A stretch of DNA of 10,077 bases, taken from assembly GCF_006345805.1 (NCBI RefSeq), contig NW_021827609.1:1-10077 (forward strand), in the 5' to 3' direction. Source of the DNA: Octopus sinensis (taxonomy: Eukaryota). Of the stretch, positions 1 through 5,712 are shown piece by piece. Both the position numbers and the translations under genes were made by a program. Under the pieces are notes generated by a model. That model had not been told where the DNA came from. It searched no databases and worked only from the letters and a program-made list of their open reading frames with translations. Every line of letters begins with the position of its first letter. Position 1 is the stretch's first letter.

Positions 1-682
1 GTGACCAACAGGGTCTAACAGGGGGAAATTATGCCTAAACATGAGCGCAGCGCATGTGAACATCCGACGTGCTTTGAGTCGGGAGAAGAATTGAGCTGAC
101 GCAGATGTGTTGCAAAACAAGGGAGTACACGTGCAGAACAGAGGTGCATGAGTGCAATAGGGCTTGCTAGGCTGAAATACAGTGTACAGTATTGAATATC
201 CCAGTGATTAATGTAGTAAGGCTGAGGCTGCCAGCCAGTGCTTGAGCTATTATATGCCTCGGTCGTGCAGGAACAAAAGTGTGGCATGCTGGCGCGTTGT
301 AAGGGACAAACAACTTTCTCTATGTATGCGTGACCGACCTAGGGTCTTACAGAGATGAGGTGTGTTTACAAGGGCACGTTGAGCATGGAAAACAAGCGAC
401 AAAGGCATGTGTGGCGTATGAATGTGACAGAGATAGCATTTGTGTGTGTATTAACTGTGTGTTCTTGTGTGCGACAGAAGTACAAACAAGGTGTATGCGG
501 GCAAAGCAAAAGACAGCGCATAGGAAAAGTCTCTCAGGGTATTTCAGACAAGATGGAGTTAATTTAGCAGTTCGTAGTAAAGTACATAATAGCAGTTCGT
601 TCTGTAACAGGATGTTCGGATCACAAGTGCAGATGCCGGTTGAACACATGTCGTGTAGCGGTTGTGGCTTCAATGCTGTGCC

Positions 683-697
683 AGGTTACATTGGTAC
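683..697 (+). repeat. Left target-site duplication of SINE (AGGTTACATTGGTAC)
   Basis: Identical 15-mer at 683-697 and 1042-1056. Confidence 0.92.
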
Positions 698-1041
698 GGC
701 GGCGAGCTGGCAGAAACGTTAACATGCCGGGCGAAATGCTTAGCGGTATTTCGTCTGCGTTACGTTGTGAGTTCAAATTCCGCCGAGGTCGACTTTGCCT
801 TTCATCCTTTCGGGGTCGATTCGGCGGCGAGCTGGCAGAAACGTTAACATGCCGGGCGAAATGCTTAGCGGTATTTCGTCTGCGTTACGTTGTGAGTTCA
901 AATTCCGCCGAGGTCGACTTTGCCTTTCATCCTTTCGGGCTCAATTAAATAAGTACCAGTTACGCACTGGGGTCGATGTAATCGACTTAATCTCCTTGTC
1001 TGTCCTCTCTGTGTTTAGCCCCTTGTGGGTAGTAAAGAAAT
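698..1041 (+). mobile_element. tRNA-derived SINE with tandemly duplicated 5' head
   Basis: A-box-like TGGCAGAAACG and B-box-like GAGTTCAAATTCC, each present twice. GGCGG...CCGCC resembles an acceptor stem. Hairpin GTCGAT-GTA-ATCGAC at 972-986. The whole unit is flanked by the exact direct repeat AGGTTACATTGGTAC. Family not assignable without a database search. Confidence 0.9.
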
Positions 1042-1056
1042 AGGTTACATTGGTAC
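1042..1056 (+). repeat. Right target-site duplication of SINE (AGGTTACATTGGTAC)
   Basis: Identical to 683-697. Confidence 0.92.
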
Positions 1057-1149
1057 AGAAGATCTCGCAGGTAGTGCTGTGCTGTTAACCTCGGTGAAAA
1101 TCATAACAGCGTGAAAGCTAAACCTGAATGAGTGCTATGTACATATTAG

Positions 1150-1265
1150 TGTTGCTGGAGATGAAGGCGACGGAGATGGAGACGACGTGAAGGTGAAGGA
1201 CGACGATGGTGATGGCGACGGCAGAGAAAGGCGACGTTGAGATGAAGGCGTCGGTGGCGTTGCTG
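1150..1265. repeat. Low-complexity GAY/GGN-rich degenerate triplet stretch
   Basis: Recurrent gatgga/gatggc/gacggc/gaaggcg motifs. All frames give short low-complexity peptides with no recognisable domain. Confidence 0.45.
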
Positions 1266-1422
1266 GTGTATGTTAGCGTCGTCATTGGCTGGAGCAGGAA
1301 CATGACTGGCTGGTCTGGTCGTCTGCCGCTGGAACTGGAACATGGTTGAGTAAGCTCTGTGTGGATGAAGACTGCGGCAGATTGATTGGTTCAGACTAGG
1401 TAGAAACTAGATTTTAGCTAAG

Positions 1423-2388
1423 TGTTCTATGGTCTATGACCAGAACTCGGGAAACTTGCTTGACTGTTCTATGGTCTATCACCAGAACTCGGGAAACTTG
1501 CTTGACTGCTCTATGGTCTATGACCAGAACTCGGCAAACTTGGTTGAGTGTTCTATGGTCTATGACCAGAACTCGGGAAACTTGATAGACTGTTCTATGG
1601 TCTATGACCAGAACTCGGGAAACTTGCTTGACTGTTCTATGGTCTATGACCAGAACTCGGGAAACTTGGTTGAGTGTTCTATGGTCTATGACCAGAACTC
1701 GGGAAACTTGCTTGACTGTTCTATGGTCTATGACCAGAACTCGGGAAACTTGCTTGACTGTTCTATGGTCTATGACCAGAACTCGGGAAACTTGCTTGAC
1801 TGTTCTATGGTCTATGACCAGAACTCGGGAAACTTGCTTGACTGTTCTATGGTCTATGACCAGAACTCGGGAAACTTGGTTGAGTGTTCTATGGTCTATG
1901 ACCAGAACTCGGGAAACTTGCTTGACTGTTCTATGGTCTATGACCAGAACTCGGGGAACTTGCTTGACTGTTCTATGGTCTATGACCAGAACTCGGGGAA
2001 CTTGGTTGAGTGTTCTATGGTCTATGACCAGAACTCGGGGAACTTGGTTGAGTGTTCTATGGTCTATGACCAGAACTCGGGGAACTTGGTTGAGTGTTCT
2101 ATGGTCTATGACCAGAACTCGGGAAACTTGCTTGACTGTTCTATGGTCTATGACCAGAACTCGGGAAACTTGGTTGAGTGTTCTATGGTCTATGACCAGA
2201 ACTCGGGAAACTTGCTTGGCTGTTCTATGGTCTATGACCAGAACTCGGGGAAACTGCTTGACTGTTCTATGGTCTATGACCAGAACTCGGCAAACTTGGT
2301 TCAGTGTTCTATGGTCTATGACCAGAACTCGGGAAACTTGCTTGACTGTTCTATGGTCTATGACCAGAACTCGGGAAACTTGGTTGAG
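1423..2388. repeat. Minisatellite, 23 x 42 bp (TGTTCTATGGTCTATGACCAGAACTCGGGAAACTTGCTTGAC / variant ending ...CTTGGTTGAG)
   Basis: 966 bp = 23 exact-length units, matching the 23 x 14-aa repeats in the 1429-2418 ORF. Two main unit variants. Confidence 0.97.
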
Positions 2389-2418
2389 TCCTCATCTTAT
2401 AAAATGTGGCTACAGTAG
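1429..2418 (+). CDS. Hypothetical repetitive ORF (MVYDQNSGNLLDCS)x23; coding status unproven
   Basis: 329-aa stop-free frame. A 14-codon unit is stop-free by chance about half the time, and the antisense frame is also open, so this may be a by-product of the repeat. Confidence 0.2.
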   Translation: MVYDQNSGNLLDCSMVYHQNSGNLLDCSMVYDQNSANLVECSMVYDQNSGNLIDCSMVYDQNSGNLLDCSMVYDQNSGNLVECSMVYDQNSGNLLDCSMVYDQNSGNLLDCSMVYDQNSGNLLDCSMVYDQNSGNLLDCSMVYDQNSGNLVECSMVYDQNSGNLLDCSMVYDQNSGNLLDCSMVYDQNSGNLVECSMVYDQNSGNLVECSMVYDQNSGNLVECSMVYDQNSGNLLDCSMVYDQNSGNLVECSMVYDQNSGNLLGCSMVYDQNSGKLLDCSMVYDQNSANLVQCSMVYDQNSGNLLDCSMVYDQNSGNLVESSSYKMWLQ

Positions 2419-2521
2419 ACCCAAATGAAATCGGGTTATATTAACCAAAATGTGAAAAGGGGTCTAAATGGGGCTGGAAGGGGATTAAAATTTAAAGGAG
2501 CGGGTGCTTAGCAATTCTCTG

Positions 2522-2803
2522 TTACATCAAGCTAAAAAATTTGCGCCAGCCTTTTAATCGTCAATGTGTTGCCGTCCATCATGAAGAAGTTTTGAATGCT
2601 TGCCATCGTGAGTCTACTGTCGTGAGAAAGAATCAATTCAAAACTTGGTGTTTAGGGATTTTCTTTTACATCAAGTTCAAAATTTTACGCCAGCCTCTGA
2701 ACTGTCAATACGTTGCCGTCCGTCGTTAAGAAATGTCAGCCATGGTGACACTACTATCCTCAAATACTATCCCTTCAAACTTTGGTTTCCAATATTTTAT
2801 TAT
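2522..2803. repeat. Diverged tandem dimer, 144-bp period
   Basis: TTACATCAAG begins at 2522 and 2666. The first 60 nt of the two copies match at 48/60 positions by my count, with further blocks GCCAT.GTGA..CTACT and TTCAAA..TTGGT. Confidence 0.8.
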
Positions 2804-2961
2804 TTTTATTCAGCTCGCAAGTTCGTCTGTCCCTTTTAAATGTTAGTGTTTTGCTGTCTACCTTGAAGCAGACCTTTCCGTTGTTACTGCCCGATATTTA
2901 TGATTGATCTTTCTAAATATTTTATTTCTCAACTTACTCAAGATCTTTTGTTGTTTATAAA

Positions 2962-3078
2962 TGGGAGAGAGATAGATAAAGATAGAGAGTAAGAGAAAGC
3001 GAGGGAGAGTCCAAGAGAAAGGAAGAGTAAGAGAGTGGGGAAAGTGAGATGGAAAGGAGAGAGAAACAAAGAGGGAGA
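2962..3078 (+). repeat. GA-rich purine low-complexity tract
   Basis: Almost exclusively G/A (gagagagatagataaag...gagggaga). Confidence 0.8.
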
Positions 3079-3398
3079 ATCATCATCATCATCATCATCA
3101 TCATCGTTTAACGTCCGTTTTCCGTGCTAGCACGGGTTGGGCAGTGTGACCGGGTCTGGGAAGCCAGGAGGCTGCACCAGGCTCCAGTCTGATCTGGCAA
3201 TTTTTTCTACAGGTGGATGACCTTCCTAACGCCAACCACTCTGTGAGCGTAGTGGGTGCTTTTTTCGTGCCGCCGGCACAAATACCAGGGGCGCTCGCAG
3301 CGGCAACGATCGGTTGGTGCTTTTTACGTGCCACCGGCACAGAAGCCAGTCAAGGCGGCGCTGCAATCGGCCACGTTCGGATGGTGCTTTTTACGTGC
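3079..3398 (-). mobile_element. 5'-truncated RTE LINE 3' tail (copy 1)
   Basis: (ATC)9 tail followed by the reverse complement of the 3' end of the LINE that terminates at 9374 (CCTTCCTAACGCCAACCACTC; repeated GGTGCTTTTTACGTGCC motifs). Truncated within a repeat hairpin. No TSD seen. Confidence 0.88.
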
Positions 3399-3434
3399 TG
3401 AAAGGAAGCAACAGAAAGTAACAACCACACTCTT

Positions 3435-3466
3435 ACCCACGCGTAGAGCGGGTCACCTTCAGCTAG
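3435..3466 (+). mobile_element. Probable Helitron 3' terminus (5' end not identified)
   Basis: Imperfect GC hairpin ACCCACGCGTAGAGCGGGT, a 9-nt spacer, then CTAG followed by T. This is the canonical Helitron 3' architecture. Confidence 0.6.
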
Positions 3467-3476
3467 TATATATTAT

Positions 3477-3519
<43 letters not shown>

Positions 3520-3533
3520 TAATATATTATATA
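3467..3533. repeat. (TA)n microsatellite
   Basis: Direct reading. Confidence 0.95.
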
Positions 3534-3946
3534 AAATACAAACATAATTATAATACCGGGCCAGGAAAATAATAGATGCTAAATGTTTTATTTTTCATTC
3601 CTTTCGAGACTTTATCCCAATTAGTGGTTTGGACTTTAGCTGTTCCTTCTAGCGTAAGGTAGTCTTATGATGGACACCTCTTATTGTGTTTAAATGCACA
3701 CTGTATTTTATACATACATTAAGCATTTCTTTTGCTATAGTGTATTACTTTCGCCTCCTTGTGGAGTTTTATGGTTGTATTTCGGTCTGAAGCCATTATC
3801 TAATCTATAAATATGAACTTATTTAGTCTGAAGTAAACACAAGACACACTAAGCTTTTACAATGATGTATAATTTTCATATCTTATCGCCTCTATTGATT
3901 GTTATTAAAGTCCAAAAATTGGTGGCCTTAATTTCAGAACAACCTG

Positions 3947-4036
3947 TACACACACACATTATCATTATCTCCTTCTCTCTCCTCCCTTCCCCATCTCTCT
4001 CTCTCTCTCTTTCTCTCTCACTCTCTCTCTCTCTTT
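3947..4036. repeat. (CA)n and (CT)n microsatellite / pyrimidine tract
   Basis: acacacacac followed by an interrupted (ct)n run. Confidence 0.9.
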
Positions 4037-4050
4037 GTATATAATATGTG

Positions 4051-4313
4051 GGAGTGCAATGGCCCAGTGGTTAGGGCAGCGGACTCGCGGTTTCGATTCC
4101 TAGACCGGGCGTTGTGAGTGTTTTTGAACGAAAGCACCTAAAAGATCCACGAGGCTCCGGCAGGGGGTGGTGATCCCTGCTGTACTCTTTCACCACCCTT
4201 TCTTCTTTGGCCTGCTCGCTTAGCCAGCGGGGTGGCGTCATTCGAAGGCTAAAACAATGCGAACTCATTGTGACCAGCGATGTGTAACACATCTGATGGT
4301 CTGGTCAGTCACG
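4051..4313 (+). mobile_element. tRNA-derived SINE (second family)
   Basis: A box TGGCCCAGTGG (4060-4070), B box GGTTTCGATTCC (4089-4100), 3' stem-loop at 4271-4307, ending in AAAAGAA plus (TA)n. No TSD seen. Confidence 0.82.
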
Positions 4314-4319
4314 AAAAGA

Positions 4320-4386
<67 letters not shown>

Positions 4387-4466
4387 CATATTATATATTA
4401 CATATATATATATATATTATTATATATATATATCTATATATATATATATATAATATATATATATAT
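4320..4466. repeat. (TA)n microsatellite
   Basis: Direct reading. Confidence 0.95.
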
Positions 4467-4671
4467 TTTCATTCGTTAGCTCTTGCACGCATTCTTTTCC
4501 CTTCTTGTTTCTCTCCTTGTTTCTTTTCTGTGTATCTTTCTGTTGAAGAGCGTAGGCTCGAACGTAAAAGAACTTGTTTATTTCTATTCCTGATGCCATA
4601 CTAATACAATTGTTTGTTTGTACTCCACCTGCCTTCGTCTTTTGTTTATTTTCGTAAAGCTTCCTGTTTAC
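4467..4671 (+). mobile_element. Probable Penelope-like element pseudo-LTR fragment
   Basis: About 200 bp, T-rich, set between two (TA)n tracts. Carries a minimal type I hammerhead-like motif, a known hallmark of PLE pLTRs. Confidence 0.55.
4535..4571 (+). ncRNA. Degenerate minimal type I hammerhead ribozyme motif
   Basis: TCTTT (stem I) - CTGTTGA - A - GAGC-GTAG-GCTC (stem II) - GAA - CGTA - AAAGA (stem I'). It has two deviations from the consensus core (CUGUUGA instead of CUGANGA; GAA instead of GAAA). Confidence 0.55.
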
Positions 4672-4708
4672 ATATATATATATAATATATATATATATAT
4701 ACATATAT
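4672..4708. repeat. (TA)n microsatellite
   Basis: Direct reading. Confidence 0.9.
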
Positions 4709-5228
4709 ATCATCATCATCATCATCATCTTCGTTTAGCGTCAGCTTTCCATGCTGGCATGGGATGGACGGTGCAACTGGGGTCTGGGAAGCCAGAAGGC
4801 TGTACCAGGCCCAGTCTGATCTGGCAATCTTTCTACGGCTGGATGCCCTTCCTAACGCCAACCACTCCATGAGTGTAGCGAGTGCTTTTTACGTGCCACC
4901 TGCACAGGTGCCAGACGAGTCTGGCAAACGGCCACAGTCGGGTGGTGCTTTTTACGTGCCACCGGCACGGAGGCGAGGCGAGGCTGGCAAACGGCCACAG
5001 TCGGGTTGTGCTTTTTACGTGCCACCGGCACGGAGTTGAGGCGAGGCTGGCAAATGGCCACGGTCGGATGGTGCTTTTTACGTGCCATCGGCACGGAAGC
5101 CAGTCAGGGTGGCACTGGCAACGCCCACGTTCGGATGGTTCTCTTATGTGCCACCAGCACTGGTATCACAGCGACAATTTCCATTCATGTTGATCGATTT
5201 TGATTTTTGATTTTTGATTTTTGATTTC
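4709..5228 (-). mobile_element. 5'-truncated RTE LINE 3' tail (copy 2)
   Basis: (ATC)7 tail, four 63-bp repeats (motif starts 4882, 4945, 5008, 5071), one degenerate unit and (GATTTTT)n. Collinear reverse complement of about 8864-9374. Confidence 0.92.
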
Positions 5229-5712
5229 TAAGATATTTTTAAGATTTCGACCTGTTCCTCCTTTCATTGTTTTTTGCGAGTATTATCACCATAAAACCTT
5301 ATTGTTCCTCTTTCTTACTGTCGTTGTCTTCGTCTCAAATGCTAGCTCAAGCATTTCTTCACAACATATACCTTTCACTCATAGAAACTTATTCACACGA
5401 CCACAAAGCTTTCGTCTCAAATCTTGTCTTTGTCACTTATCTATCGGTCTTTCTCATTCCTACCCCATCGTTCCCAGTGCACGTTGACGCCCGCTCTCCC
5501 ACCCCTTCTACCTGTACCGGAAGTCCTTATCTCATCTTGTCTTCCTTGCTTTTCTTCTCCATGATCACCTGAAGGCCTTAAGCCAATACCACCCCTACTA
5601 TATAAGGTAGTGACCATACGGCGCAAAACATGATAGTGTAGTGTAGCAGGTTGAACTTAAGATCATTGCTTTGCTTATGAATTCTTCCAATGCGAGCTTT
5701 CTTTTCAGGTAC

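Noticed and set aside
15-722. Short Cys-rich ORFs on both strands
   Set aside because: No domain motifs, overlapping ORFs in several frames, and the TG-rich composition explains the Cys content.
698-785. tRNA gene
   Set aside because: It has A/B boxes but no proper cloverleaf or anticodon arm. It continues into a SINE body and is flanked by a TSD. The same applies to 4051-4110.
1432-1470. Hammerhead-like reading of the 42-bp unit (CTATGA-CC...GG-GAAAC-TTG-GTT)
   Set aside because: The core lacks the essential G of CUGANGA, stem II is only 2 bp with the wrong closing pair, and no stem I can form.
1423-2388. CRISPR array, or an array functionally linked to the RT
   Set aside because: There are no unique spacers, the units are contiguous and near-identical, and no cas genes are present. 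The RT is a eukaryotic LINE more than 3 kb away that shares no sequence with the array.
1604-2428. 274-aa ORF (MTRTRETCLTVLWS)n, and the open antisense frame (VKQVSRVLVIDHRT)n
   Set aside because: These are alternative frames of the same repeat. The first is broken by stops in unit 4, and the second has no start codon and is closed by stops at both ends.
3101-3516. ORFs within RTE tails (also 4764-5203 and 8914-9273)
   Set aside because: These are translations of 3' UTR tandem repeats and are open in inconsistent frames between copies.
3725-3800. Possible host exon after the acceptor-like TTTCTTTTGCTATAG
   Set aside because: No convincing donor site or coding frame follows, and such motifs are frequent in AT-rich DNA.
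5329-5422. 12-bp direct repeat TTCGTCTCAAAT (5329 and 5411) as the TSD of a 70-bp insert
   Set aside because: The enclosed sequence has no tail, termini or promoter boxes, so it cannot be distinguished from chance or local duplication.
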